The notes under the pieces: generated by a model | The model's input: only the letters and a program-made list of their open reading frames with translations | Database searches by the model: none | Told to the model about the DNA's origin: nothing | NCBI GenBank assembly: GCA_040263235.1 | Contig: JBDQKN010000001.1 | Span: forward strand, 1 to 54,205 | Direction of reading: 5' to 3' | Source of the DNA: Ilumatobacteraceae bacterium | GTDB lineage: Bacteria; Actinomycetota; Acidimicrobiia; Acidimicrobiales; Ilumatobacteraceae | Length of the DNA stretch: 54,205 nt | In this document: piece after piece, positions 18,856-28,004 of the stretch | How positions within the stretch are numbered: the first letter of the stretch is position 1 | Layout: each line of letters begins with the position of its first letter | Program-made: the position numbers and the translations under genes

Positions 18856-21222
18856 GTGATGCGTCACGTTCCTTCGCTCGACCCCCAACGGTTCCCCATC
18901 GACCCGTGGCGCCTCGTCGACCTCGATCCTTTTTCTGATGACCTCGGCGCCGCAGAAACGTTGTTCAGTTTGGGCAACGGCTACCTCGGAATCCGGGACA
19001 ACCCTCCAGAAGGAGAGCCAGCCCACACGCATGGCACCTTCATCAACGGTTTCCACGAGACGTGGGAGATCCACCACGCTGAATCAGCGCACGCTTTTGC
19101 CCGTGTCGGCCAGACCATTGTGAATGTGCCTGACGCCAAGCTGATGCGGATCCATGTCGACAACCAGCCGGCTCCAACGGACCAAGTTGACCTTGATCAC
19201 CACAATCGAATCCTCGATTTCAAAGAAGGCAACCATCGCCGAACAATGGTCTGGAGGACTCCAGCAGGTCACAGAGTCTCGATGACCGCCACTCGGATCA
19301 TCAGCATGGAGGACCGGCATCTCGCATTGTTCAGAATGGAACTACAGATGCTTGAGGGTCGAGCTCACATCGCTGTCAACTCGGAGATTCTGAACCGGGA
19401 GGACGGAACCGGCGGCTCCCTATCGGAGGAGACTGCTGCCGGAGAGGAACTCGACCCACGCCAGGCCCGCCGCTTTGATCAACGAGTGCTGGTGCCCGAA
19501 GCACAGTCCAACCAGCCAGAACTCGGCAATGGAGGCGAGATTGCGCTCGGTCATCGCACTGCTACGAGTGGAATGCGAATTGCGACGGCGTGCAGGCACA
19601 TGGTCACCGGTGACGTTGAGCCAACGACGACGACACTCGTACAACCCGATCATGCCGAGGTGGCTCTGTCCTTCAACCTCGACGTGGGGCAGAAGGTAAC
19701 GATCGACAAGTGGGTCACGTATCACACCTCTGCTGACGCACACTGTGAAGAACTCATCAGTCGATGCCACCAAACGCTCAGTCGGTCGATTGCTGGTCCG
19801 GATCGGTTGTTCAGCAGCCAACGCGAGTGGATGAGCCGTTTCTGGTCTGCGACCGATGTCGTCATTGAAGGTGACCATCGGGCTCAACAGTCCGTCCGCT
19901 GGAACCTCTTCCAGTTGGCCCAAGCCACCGCCGCTTGCGACAACAGCGGGGTCGCAGCCAAAGGTGTCAGCGCTGCCGGCTACGACGGCCACTATTTCTG
20001 GGACACCGAGATCTACGTGGTCCCCTTCCTTGCGCGCACCAATCCCGCATCAGCGCGAGAGCTCCTCGTATTTCGCCATGGCCTCCTTGACGCCGCCCGA
20101 CGGCGAGCAGCTGAGCTCAGCCAAATCGGCGCCCTCTACCCGTGGAGGACGATTAGCGGCGAGGAAGCGTCGGCCTACTACCCCGCAGGAACAGCTCAAT
20201 ATCACATCAACGCTGCAGTCGCGTATGCGATTGAGCAGTACATGAAAGCAACGGGAGATCAAGAGTTTCTCCTTCACGAAGGAGTTGAAATTCTCATCGA
20301 GACGGCCCGTTTGTGGCACGACCTCGGATTCATAGGGCGAGACGGAGCGTTCCACATCCACCAAGTCACCGGGCCGGACGAGTACACGGCAGTAGTGAAC
20401 GACAACTTCTATACAAATGTGATGGCTCGGTTCAACCTTCGGTATGCGGCCAGCGTCCTACGAGAGTGCGCTCGCGGCGATTCAGATGCCTTCACGCTCC
20501 TCAGGGCTCGAACTGGAGTGACCCTCGAAGAAGCCGACAACTGGGAGTCTGCCGCCGATCTGATGTACCTGCCGTTTGACGAACAACTGGGTATCCACCC
20601 TCAAGACGGCACCTTCCTCGACCTAGAGCCCTGGGACTTCGACGGTACGCCCGACGACTGTTACCCCCTCCTGCTCAACTTCCATCCTCTCGTGATCTAT
20701 CGGCATCAAGTACTGAAACAGGCTGACGTCGTCCTTGCCATGTATCTGCGAGGCGAACACTTCGACATCGACCAGAAACGACGAAACTTCGACTTCTACG
20801 ACCCAATCACCACTGGTGACTCATCGTTGTCAGCGTGCGTTCAATCCATCGCCGCCAGCGAGATTGGTCGCCATGATCTTGCACTGACGTATTTCGAGCA
20901 GGCGCTGTTTCTCGATTTGGCGAACACCCATCAGAACACGGCAGACGGAGTACATATCGCTAACGCCGGTGGCGTGTGGGCCGCACTCGTTCACGGATTC
21001 GGTGGCGTCAGATTCACCGATGTCGGCCTCACGATAGAACCAGCTCTCCCCCCTCAGTGGACGTCGCTCAGCATCGGATTCCTGCTTCGCGAGTCAGCCT
21101 GTCGACTGGATGTCAACCACAGCCGATGGACGGTGTCGGTGATCCGCGGCCCAGATGTCACTGTCGAATTCAGGGGCGAATCTCATCCAGTAACTGTCGG
21201 GGAGTCCTTCACCTCGTCCTGA
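18856..21222 (+). CDS. glycoside hydrolase family 65 (alpha-glucoside phosphorylase: trehalose/maltose/kojibiose type)
   Basis: 788 aa; LFSLGNGYLGIR at the N-terminus, GYDGHYFWDTEIY in the catalytic (alpha/alpha)6 region, and pairing with beta-PGM. Confidence 0.85.
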   Translation: MMRHVPSLDPQRFPIDPWRLVDLDPFSDDLGAAETLFSLGNGYLGIRDNPPEGEPAHTHGTFINGFHETWEIHHAESAHAFARVGQTIVNVPDAKLMRIHVDNQPAPTDQVDLDHHNRILDFKEGNHRRTMVWRTPAGHRVSMTATRIISMEDRHLALFRMELQMLEGRAHIAVNSEILNREDGTGGSLSEETAAGEELDPRQARRFDQRVLVPEAQSNQPELGNGGEIALGHRTATSGMRIATACRHMVTGDVEPTTTTLVQPDHAEVALSFNLDVGQKVTIDKWVTYHTSADAHCEELISRCHQTLSRSIAGPDRLFSSQREWMSRFWSATDVVIEGDHRAQQSVRWNLFQLAQATAACDNSGVAAKGVSAAGYDGHYFWDTEIYVVPFLARTNPASARELLVFRHGLLDAARRRAAELSQIGALYPWRTISGEEASAYYPAGTAQYHINAAVAYAIEQYMKATGDQEFLLHEGVEILIETARLWHDLGFIGRDGAFHIHQVTGPDEYTAVVNDNFYTNVMARFNLRYAASVLRECARGDSDAFTLLRARTGVTLEEADNWESAADLMYLPFDEQLGIHPQDGTFLDLEPWDFDGTPDDCYPLLLNFHPLVIYRHQVLKQADVVLAMYLRGEHFDIDQKRRNFDFYDPITTGDSSLSACVQSIAASEIGRHDLALTYFEQALFLDLANTHQNTADGVHIANAGGVWAALVHGFGGVRFTDVGLTIEPALPPQWTSLSIGFLLRESACRLDVNHSRWTVSVIRGPDVTVEFRGESHPVTVGESFTSS

Positions 21223-21258
21223 CTCCGGAGTTACGACTGATGCTGCGCGCTCAGTAAC

Positions 21259-22164
21259 GTGCGGGGCATGACAGACGCTTTGGGTTTTGACGGCAAGGTT
21301 GCGATTATCACCGGTGCAGGTGGCGGGCTCGGTCGCCAGCACGCACTGTTAATGGCCTCTCGTGGCGCCCTCGTGGTGGTGAACGATCTGGGCGGTGCCG
21401 TCGACGGAACCGGCTCCGATAAGGGTGCCGCAGACCGGGTGGTGGACGAGATCAAGTCATTGGGCGGCGATGCCGTGAGTGATACCAACTCGGTCGCAAC
21501 CCCCGACGGCGGTGCAGCGATTGTGCAGACCGCGCTCGATGCCTTCGGCACAGTCGACATCGTGATCAACAACGCTGGAATTCTCCGCGACAAGGCATTT
21601 CACAACATGGGCCCTGAACTGGTCGATCCCGTGCTCGACGTGCACCTGCGAGGAGCCTTCAATGTCACTGGCCCGGCGTTTCGCGTCATGCGAGAGAAGG
21701 GCTACGGGCGTATCGTCTCGACCTCCTCCGCCGCAGGGATCTTCGGGAACTTCGGTCAGGCCAACTACGGCGCAGCGAAGATGGGGCTCGTTGGATTCAC
21801 GCGAGTCCTTGCCGTGGAAGGCGCTCGTTTCAACATCAAGGCGAATGCGATTGCTCCCATTGCGCTCACCCGTATGACCGAGGACCTCCTCGGCGATCTG
21901 GGCCAGAAGCTCCAGCCCGAATTCGTTGCTCCTCTTGTTACGTACCTCGCTCATGAAGACTGCGAGGCGACCGGGCGCACATTCTCGGTTGGAGGAGGCC
22001 GCGTGGCCGAAATTTTCATCGGCGAAGCCCAAGGGTTCACTGATCCAAATCTCACCCCGGAGTCGCTGCGCGACAACTGGGCAACCGTCTGCGACCGCGA
22101 GGGTTACGCCGTGCCCGCGCAGATCGCGGAGGAGACCAAGATGTTCGTGGATGCGCTCAGGTGA
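21259..22164 (+). CDS. SDR family oxidoreductase (MFE-2-like 3-hydroxyacyl-CoA dehydrogenase type)
   Basis: GKVAIITGAGGGLG, NNAGILRD, catalytic Y-x3-K in NYGAAKMG. Confidence 0.85.
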   Translation: MRGMTDALGFDGKVAIITGAGGGLGRQHALLMASRGALVVVNDLGGAVDGTGSDKGAADRVVDEIKSLGGDAVSDTNSVATPDGGAAIVQTALDAFGTVDIVINNAGILRDKAFHNMGPELVDPVLDVHLRGAFNVTGPAFRVMREKGYGRIVSTSSAAGIFGNFGQANYGAAKMGLVGFTRVLAVEGARFNIKANAIAPIALTRMTEDLLGDLGQKLQPEFVAPLVTYLAHEDCEATGRTFSVGGGRVAEIFIGEAQGFTDPNLTPESLRDNWATVCDREGYAVPAQIAEETKMFVDALR

Positions 22165-23006
22165 CTGATGCCCGCCTCATCGAGCGGGCTGACGGGTCAC
22201 AGATTGCACTGCACCACCTCGCTGGTGATGGCCCCGACCCACTTCTGATCTCGCACGCAACAGGCTTTCACGGACGTTGCTACACCGAACTTGCAGAGGG
22301 ATTGTCTTCGCGTTGGACCGTCTGGGCGCTCGACTACAGCGGCCACGGAATCTCGCCTGCTCCGTCGTCGCCCCTCACCGACTGGTCCCCTTTTGCCGAT
22401 GATGTCTTGGCCGTTGCTCGGACGCTCGCTCCTGAGGGCGGACTTGCTGCGTTTGGCCATTCCATGGGAGGGGCGGCAGTGCTGCTAGCTCACTTGCGCG
22501 ACCGTTCGGCATTTGCCCGACTCGTCGCATTTGAGCCCATCGCCCCACCCCCAACTCCCGGTATCGACCCCGACGAACTTCCCATCGTGAAGGGAGCAAT
22601 CCGTAGGCGTCCCGGGTTCGAGTCGAAGATCATCGCTCGTGAGAACTACGGCTCGAAGCCTCCGCTCTCCACATTCACTGAACGATGCCTCAGCGACTAT
22701 GTCGAATACGGGATGCATGACACTTCTCAGGCCGGTGCCCTTCTCAACTGCACCCCAGAATTCGAGGCATCGGTCTTTCGAGGTGCCCATACGAATGACC
22801 TGTGGGACCGACTTCCCACTATCCATCTTCGGACGGATGTGATTATGGGCATCGCAGCCGAACATCAGCCATCCGCGTTCGCTCCCGCCGTTGCACAACG
22901 ACTGCCCAATGGCTCCCTGCACGAGCACCCAGAGATGGACCACTTCGGTCCATTTGTCGTCCCGCAGGCCTGCGCCGCTCTCGTTGAGGGTCTGCTCGGC
23001 GGCTGA
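22161..23006 (+). CDS. alpha/beta hydrolase
   Basis: 281 aa; nucleophile elbow AFGHSMGGAA; GTGA overlap with the SDR stop. Confidence 0.75.
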   Translation: MTDARLIERADGSQIALHHLAGDGPDPLLISHATGFHGRCYTELAEGLSSRWTVWALDYSGHGISPAPSSPLTDWSPFADDVLAVARTLAPEGGLAAFGHSMGGAAVLLAHLRDRSAFARLVAFEPIAPPPTPGIDPDELPIVKGAIRRRPGFESKIIARENYGSKPPLSTFTERCLSDYVEYGMHDTSQAGALLNCTPEFEASVFRGAHTNDLWDRLPTIHLRTDVIMGIAAEHQPSAFAPAVAQRLPNGSLHEHPEMDHFGPFVVPQACAALVEGLLGG

Positions 23007-23035
23007 CTGTCACACGCCCATGAGATACTGAGCCC

Positions 23036-23860
23036 ATGACGGTGTACGAGATCCCTACAACGCTGTCGCCATCGCGCGTTGAAGCCTTCCTCTCGTGCCC
23101 GCTTGCCTTCAGGTTTCGAAGTCTCGACGGCCTACCTGATCCACCAACCGTCCCTGCTCTGCGCGGCACGATGGTTCATCGGGCTCTGGAGCTCTTCCAC
23201 TCTGATCTCGACTCTGCTCGCGACCAAGCTCGCTTGAAACGATCTGTCGACGAGATGTTGAAGGAATTCATCGATCACCCCGATCTCACTCAACTCAATC
23301 TCGTCGGGCCCGCTTACGAGGATCTCTCCAAGCAGTGCCATCGCCTCGCCATCGGCATCCTCGAGATGGAAGATCCCGAATCGGTTGATCCGGTGGGCCT
23401 CGAGATGCGTGTCGAAGCCACGGTTGGCCCGGTATCCCTGCGCGGAATCATCGACCGTCTGGAACGTGCCGAGGACGGATCGCTCATCGTCACTGATTAC
23501 AAGACAGGCCGGGCCCCTGGCGCGGGCTACGAGCGCAAGGCACTCGGCGGTGTTCACCTGTATTCACTCTTATGCGAACTGACGATGAACGAGCGACCAG
23601 GGCTTGTTCGCCTCATGTACGTGAGTTCCAAGGAGACGATCACCGATCGCCCAACGGAGCAGTCGAATAGATATATGGCACAACGGGTAACCGCGGTCCA
23701 CGGCGCTATTGAACAGTCCTGCCGCAGCGGTGAATTTCGCGCCAAGAAGAGTGCGTTGTGCAAATTCTGCGCCTATCAACCTTGGTGTCCGGCATTCGGC
23801 GGCGACCCTGAGCGTGCGACGATCGAGGCTCCTGTCGTGCTCTCGGCGCGATCATCATGA
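23036..23860 (+). CDS. PD-(D/E)XK nuclease (RecB-family / Cas4-like with 4-Cys cluster)
   Basis: GIIDRLER...LIVTDYKTG (D...D/E-x-K core). One N-terminal Cys (FLSCPL) plus C-terminal CKFCAYQPWC give the Cas4/AddB-type Fe-S ligand pattern. Confidence 0.75.
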   Translation: MTVYEIPTTLSPSRVEAFLSCPLAFRFRSLDGLPDPPTVPALRGTMVHRALELFHSDLDSARDQARLKRSVDEMLKEFIDHPDLTQLNLVGPAYEDLSKQCHRLAIGILEMEDPESVDPVGLEMRVEATVGPVSLRGIIDRLERAEDGSLIVTDYKTGRAPGAGYERKALGGVHLYSLLCELTMNERPGLVRLMYVSSKETITDRPTEQSNRYMAQRVTAVHGAIEQSCRSGEFRAKKSALCKFCAYQPWCPAFGGDPERATIEAPVVLSARSS

Positions 23861-24414
23861 CTTCTGACTCCACGGCACCTAGCGGAGTCGACCACCTCGG
23901 TGGAACCATCGCCCGTTTCGACACCTGGTCAGACAATGTGCTCGATCAACTTCGTGGACACCGCAACGTTGACCTCGTCATGCTTTCGGCGAGTACCGCC
24001 GGAGATTGGAGCCTGATCTGGCACGGCATTGCCCTAGCTAGAGCCATCGTGCTGAGGCGTCCTCACGAATTCATCAGATTTGCAGTGCTGATTGGAGCCG
24101 AGAGCCTGATCGTCAATCAGGGCGTCAAACGCGTCTTCCGTCGCGAACGACCGACCGAGGATGGTGACCCAACCCTTCGCGTCAGGCGACCCTCAACATC
24201 ATCATTTCCGAGCGGCCATGCAAGCGCAGCCACTGTCGCCGCTGCTGCGTTTACGGCTAAGTCCCCTCGCTTCGCTCCATTGTGGTGGGCACTTGCGGGA
24301 GTTGTCGGCCTGAGCAGAGTTCACGTGCGCATCCACCACATGAGCGACGTCGTCGGTGGGATTGCCACCGGGGCGGTGCTATGGCGTCTCATTGGACGCC
24401 GAATACTCCGCTGA
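23857..24414 (+). CDS. phosphatase PAP2 family protein
   Basis: KRVFRRERP, SFPSGHAS and SRVHVRIHHMSDVVGG are PAP2 motifs C1-C3. ATGA overlap with the nuclease gene. Confidence 0.8.
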   Translation: MTSDSTAPSGVDHLGGTIARFDTWSDNVLDQLRGHRNVDLVMLSASTAGDWSLIWHGIALARAIVLRRPHEFIRFAVLIGAESLIVNQGVKRVFRRERPTEDGDPTLRVRRPSTSSFPSGHASAATVAAAAFTAKSPRFAPLWWALAGVVGLSRVHVRIHHMSDVVGGIATGAVLWRLIGRRILR

Positions 24415-24615
24415 TCAGCTCGCCGGAGTCAGCAGTGCTGACCGAACATCGAGGAGCACATCGGTCACCTCGTCAGCTGACACCAACTCGCGTTGGAGCA
24501 ACGTCGACAGGGCTTGGTCGATGACCAAAACAGCAGCGTCGATGACCCCGTGACCATCGGTCAGTTCGGGGCCCTCAGCCAAGAGTGTGGTCGTGTCGTG
24601 AGTGCTCTCTCCCAT
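24415..24615 (-). CDS. small hypothetical protein (66 aa)
   Basis: ORF 24415..24663; start taken at MGESTHD. Third-position GC is high like neighbouring genes and it fills an otherwise empty gap. No family recognised. Confidence 0.35.
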   Translation of the reverse strand: MGESTHDTTTLLAEGPELTDGHGVIDAAVLVIDQALSTLLQRELVSADEVTDVLLDVRSALLTPAS

Positions 24616-24669
24616 CCCGTGACACGGTACCGCTCCAATTGGAGGAGCGCGCGCATCTAACATCAGGAC

Positions 24670-25449
24670 ATGGAACTTTCTGATCGAAACGTCGTTGTTA
24701 CCGGAGCCGCGGGAGGTATCGGTTCAGCGCTCGCTCGCCGGTTCCATGCGGCGGGCGCGCGGCTCGTCCTCGCAGACCGTGTTGCGCCATCTGCGGTGGC
24801 AGCCTCGTTGCCTGGTTCGGTCGCCGTTCAGGTTGACCTTGGGACAGAAGAGGGCAATATCGAACTCATCGATCGTGCCGAGGCCGAGTTCGGCACCATT
24901 GATCTGTATTTCGCTAATGCTGGAGTCGCTCTTGGTACCGACCCCATGGACGATGAAGAGATCTGGGATCTCTCGTTCGCCATCAACACACACGCCCACC
25001 GGTGGGCAGCCAGGCGACTTCTGCCGGCCTGGCTAGAGCGAGGCGAGGGCTACTTCTGTTCAACGGCATCGGCAGCAGGGCTCCTCGCACAGATCGGATC
25101 GGCGCCGTACTCACTGACGAAACATGCGGCCGTCGCCTTCGCCGAATGGATGTCAATCACGTATGGAGCGCGAGGAGTTCGCGTCAGCTGTCTCTGCCCA
25201 CAGGGTGTCAACACAGCAATGCTCGCCCAGAGTTCACCAATCGGCGACGGCGGCGAAGTCGTCAAGTCGGTGGGGGCGGTGCTCGAACCTGACGACGTGG
25301 CCGAGGTCGTTCATCAGGCCATCGTCGATGAGCGTCTCCTCATCCTTCCCCATCCTGAGGTGGCGGACTACCTGAAGTTCAAGGCCACTGAACCTGAGAA
25401 GTGGGTGGCAGGCATGCAGCGACTGCAGCGGCGAGTATTGGGTTACTGA
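24670..25449 (+). CDS. SDR family oxidoreductase
   Basis: VVVTGAAGGIGSAL, NAGV, Y-x3-K in YSLTKHA. Confidence 0.85.
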   Translation: MELSDRNVVVTGAAGGIGSALARRFHAAGARLVLADRVAPSAVAASLPGSVAVQVDLGTEEGNIELIDRAEAEFGTIDLYFANAGVALGTDPMDDEEIWDLSFAINTHAHRWAARRLLPAWLERGEGYFCSTASAAGLLAQIGSAPYSLTKHAAVAFAEWMSITYGARGVRVSCLCPQGVNTAMLAQSSPIGDGGEVVKSVGAVLEPDDVAEVVHQAIVDERLLILPHPEVADYLKFKATEPEKWVAGMQRLQRRVLGY

Positions 25450-25463
25450 TTCACGATCCTCAG

Positions 25464-25733
25464 ATGGTGCCTGCCCAGCCTCTGTCTTCCATTGGACTCC
25501 GCGAGGGAGAACGACTCCGTTTCCTTCCTCTGGGTCGACACAGGTGGGTTTCGGCTGTTGCGGTCGCACTTGGCTCAGATGGGAGCGTCTTAGTCCACGA
25601 TGAGCAAGGGGCAGCCCGATCGCTGCGAACGTCGAGCCTTCAGGCTCGACGACCTGCCGAGCGAGGCCGGCTTCGCTGGATTCCCGTCGACACCCTGGCG
25701 ACCGAGGTCCTTCAACTCGAACTCTTCGAGTGA
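25464..25733 (+). CDS. hypothetical protein (weak call)
   Basis: The only non-overlapping ORF in the 25450..25743 gap (MVPAQPLSS...). Codon bias is only moderate and no motif was recognised. Confidence 0.2.
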   Translation: MVPAQPLSSIGLREGERLRFLPLGRHRWVSAVAVALGSDGSVLVHDEQGAARSLRTSSLQARRPAERGRLRWIPVDTLATEVLQLELFE

Positions 25734-25743
25734 CCGATACCAA

Positions 25744-26193
25744 TCACTTCGTCAGCGGAAATCCCTCACTGCCCCATGCAAGGACGCCTCCGTCGAGCTC
25801 AACGAGTGAGCTGAATCCAAGGTCGACCATCAGCGCAGTTGCAGCAGCAGACCGATTGCCGGACCGGCAGTAGACGAAATATGTGCCGGCGCGATCTAGC
25901 GCTTCAACTCTGGACTTGAAGTCAGACGATGAAATGTCAATCAGCTGGGCGCCCGCAATGTGCCCAGCTGCAAACTCCTCAGCCGTTCTGACATCAATGA
26001 TCACCGGCGAACCATCCCCAATCCGGCCAGCGAAGGTTTTTGGTGCGACCAATTCCAGGGCACCGTCCACGACGATTGCCTGATCCGGTGAGGAGGTACT
26101 CGGCGAGCTGCAAGCCGATCCAACGAGTGTGAGGCTGGCAATGACCACCGCCATCGAGGAGCAGCAAAGCGGGTTCTTCATATGTCCGGACAT
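25744..26193 (-). CDS. rhodanese-domain sulfurtransferase, predicted lipoprotein/secreted
   Basis: Signal peptide with a Cys (ASLTLVGSAC) and the rhodanese active-site loop YCRSGNRS. The alternative start, MKNPL at 26181, would place the 26182..26193 palindrome just upstream. Confidence 0.8.
   Translation of the reverse strand: MSGHMKNPLCCSSMAVVIASLTLVGSACSSPSTSSPDQAIVVDGALELVAPKTFAGRIGDGSPVIIDVRTAEEFAAGHIAGAQLIDISSSDFKSRVEALDRAGTYFVYCRSGNRSAAATALMVDLGFSSLVELDGGVLAWGSEGFPLTK
26182..26193. promoter_or_regulatory. perfect 12-bp palindrome ATGTCCGGACAT (candidate operator, site 1)
   Basis: Self-complementary as read. It lies at the rhodanese start / sulP upstream region. The same core recurs at 26219..26230 and 27961..27972. 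Confidence 0.45.
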
Positions 26194-26202
26194 TAGCCAT
26201 CG

Positions 26203-26231
26203 TTGACGACGAACTCAAATGTCCGTACATT
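26203..26231 (+). promoter_or_regulatory. candidate sulP promoter with embedded operator (site 2)
   Basis: TTGACG (26203..26208), a 17-bp spacer, then TACATT (26226..26231). ATG 26239 is 7 nt downstream, which implies a leaderless mRNA. ATGTCCGTACAT (26219..26230) overlaps the -10. Confidence 0.45.
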
Positions 26232-26238
26232 GCGACTG

Positions 26239-27954
26239 ATGTTCGCCACCCTGCCAGCCTTGCGCTGGCTCCGCCACTATGAGCGTTCTGACCTTCGCGG
26301 CGATGCCGCCGCTGGCATCACCGTTGCCGCCATGCTCGTACCCCAGGCGATGGCCTACGCCCTACTCGCAGGTCTGCCTCCCCAAGTTGGACTCTATGCG
26401 GCCACTATTCCGCTCCTCGTCTATGCCGTTCTCGGCACCAGTAGGCAACTGGCGGTGGGCCCGGTGGCAATCGTGTCGCTCCTCACAGCATCGGCACTTG
26501 CGCCAATCGCTACCGGGGAAACCAGCGCCTACATTGCGGCTGCGGCGCTCCTCGCATTGCTAGTAGGCGTCATCCATCTGGTGCTCGGAATCGCCCGTCT
26601 TGGCTGGGTGGTCAATCTGCTCTCTCACTCCGTGCTCATTGGGTTCACGGCTGCAGCGGCCGCAATCATCGGTGTTTCTCAGATCAAGCATCTGCTCGGC
26701 ATCGAGGTGCCAAGACGAGATCATGTCTACGAGACCTTGATCGACATCGCTCGGACGATGGAATCCACGCACCTAACAACGCTCGCCATCGGCCTTGGCT
26801 CTGTCGTAGCCCTCGTGTTCATGCGACGTTTCGTGCCTCGAATACCAGGAGCGCTCCTCATCGTGGTTCTCTCAACCGCAATCTCAACTCTCGCTGATCT
26901 GCCGAGCCGCGGAGTTCGAGTGGTCGGCGACATTCCTGCTGGGCTGCCCGCCTTCGCCATCCCGTCTGTTGGTGCCGGCACCATCCGCGATCTGGCCCCT
27001 ACTGCGATCGTCATCACGTTGATTGGTTTCGTTGAGTCGATTGCCGTCGCCAAGGTGTATGCGCGCCGACATCGCTACGAGATCGATCCGAATGCAGAGC
27101 TAATCGCGCTCGGTTCGGCGAATATCGCTGCTGGGCTCACGGGCGCCTATCCAGTCGGAGGTGGCTTCGCCAGAACAGCGGTGAATGACAGTGCTGGGGC
27201 CCGAACACCGATGGCAGCAGTGTTCACCGCAGCACTCGTCATCGTCGTACTAGCCATCTTCACGCCAGCATTCGAACAGCTTCCCCAAGCAGCACTGGCC
27301 GCAATCATTCTGGTCGCCGTTCGGAATCTCATCGACGTCGCAGAAATGCGCCACGTTCTCACCGTCAAGCGCACCGACGGAATCGGCATGGTCGTGGCAA
27401 CCGTGGCAACACTGGCCCTTGGCATCGAGACCGGAATAGCCATCGCAGTGATTAGTTCCATGCTGGTGGTCTTCGCCCGGATGTCGAGGCCACATACTGC
27501 GCTCCTCGGTCGAATTCCCGGAACTACGAGCTACCGAAACATCAATCGGTTCCCGGGTGCCGAGCAAGTTGACGGGATTCGCATGATTCGAATCGATGCT
27601 GCGGTGTCCTTCGTCAATGCCCAGTGGGTCAAACGCCTGTTGCTCAACGCCGCGAACGAGGAGCCCAGGCCAGAACATGTGGTCCTCGACTGCTCAGGGA
27701 TCAACGACCTCGATGCAACCGGCGCAGATGCCCTATCGGAGGTCATCGAAGAGTTCGAGTCCCTGTCAACTGCGTTCCACCTCTGCGACATCAAGGGCCC
27801 GGTCCGCGATGTGTTGCATCGTTCCGGAATCTGGGGCCGCCTTGAGGGTCGGATCCACGCCACTGCCGAGTCCGCAAGGATCATGATCGAAAAGGGCGCA
27901 CCGAACATCGACCTGAACGAATTGGGAATAGATGAACCGCGTATTGGTTCTTGA
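26239..27954 (+). CDS. SulP family inorganic anion (sulfate) permease with C-terminal STAS domain
   Basis: ORF 26203..27954. I take ATG 26239 (MFATLPALRWL...), because 26203..26231 reads as a promoter. DAAAGITVAAMLVPQAMAYALLAGLPP is the SulP signature region. STAS domain is at the C-terminus (VLDCSGINDLDATGADAL). Confidence 0.9.
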   Translation: MFATLPALRWLRHYERSDLRGDAAAGITVAAMLVPQAMAYALLAGLPPQVGLYAATIPLLVYAVLGTSRQLAVGPVAIVSLLTASALAPIATGETSAYIAAAALLALLVGVIHLVLGIARLGWVVNLLSHSVLIGFTAAAAAIIGVSQIKHLLGIEVPRRDHVYETLIDIARTMESTHLTTLAIGLGSVVALVFMRRFVPRIPGALLIVVLSTAISTLADLPSRGVRVVGDIPAGLPAFAIPSVGAGTIRDLAPTAIVITLIGFVESIAVAKVYARRHRYEIDPNAELIALGSANIAAGLTGAYPVGGGFARTAVNDSAGARTPMAAVFTAALVIVVLAIFTPAFEQLPQAALAAIILVAVRNLIDVAEMRHVLTVKRTDGIGMVVATVATLALGIETGIAIAVISSMLVVFARMSRPHTALLGRIPGTTSYRNINRFPGAEQVDGIRMIRIDAAVSFVNAQWVKRLLLNAANEEPRPEHVVLDCSGINDLDATGADALSEVIEEFESLSTAFHLCDIKGPVRDVLHRSGIWGRLEGRIHATAESARIMIEKGAPNIDLNELGIDEPRIGS

Positions 27955-27979
27955 CGACAAATGTCCGTACAACTAGCGT
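27951..27979 (+). promoter_or_regulatory. candidate promoter of the persulfide dioxygenase gene with embedded operator (site 3)
   Basis: TTGACGAC-AAATGTCCGTACA repeats the 26203 module. TTGACG (27951..27956), a 17-bp spacer, then TAGCGT (27974..27979). It overlaps the sulP stop codon (27952..27954). Confidence 0.45.
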
Positions 27980-28004
27980 TCACATACACACGAACGGAGA
28001 AGCC

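Noticed and set aside
26203-26238. TTG starts at 26203 (sulP) and 27951 (PDO gene) giving similar MTTN..VRT N-termini
   Set aside because: The similarity is a DNA-level repeat containing a TTGACG -35 box and a palindromic core. Family-typical N-termini begin at ATG 26239 and ATG 28005, and the latter has a GGAGA RBS.
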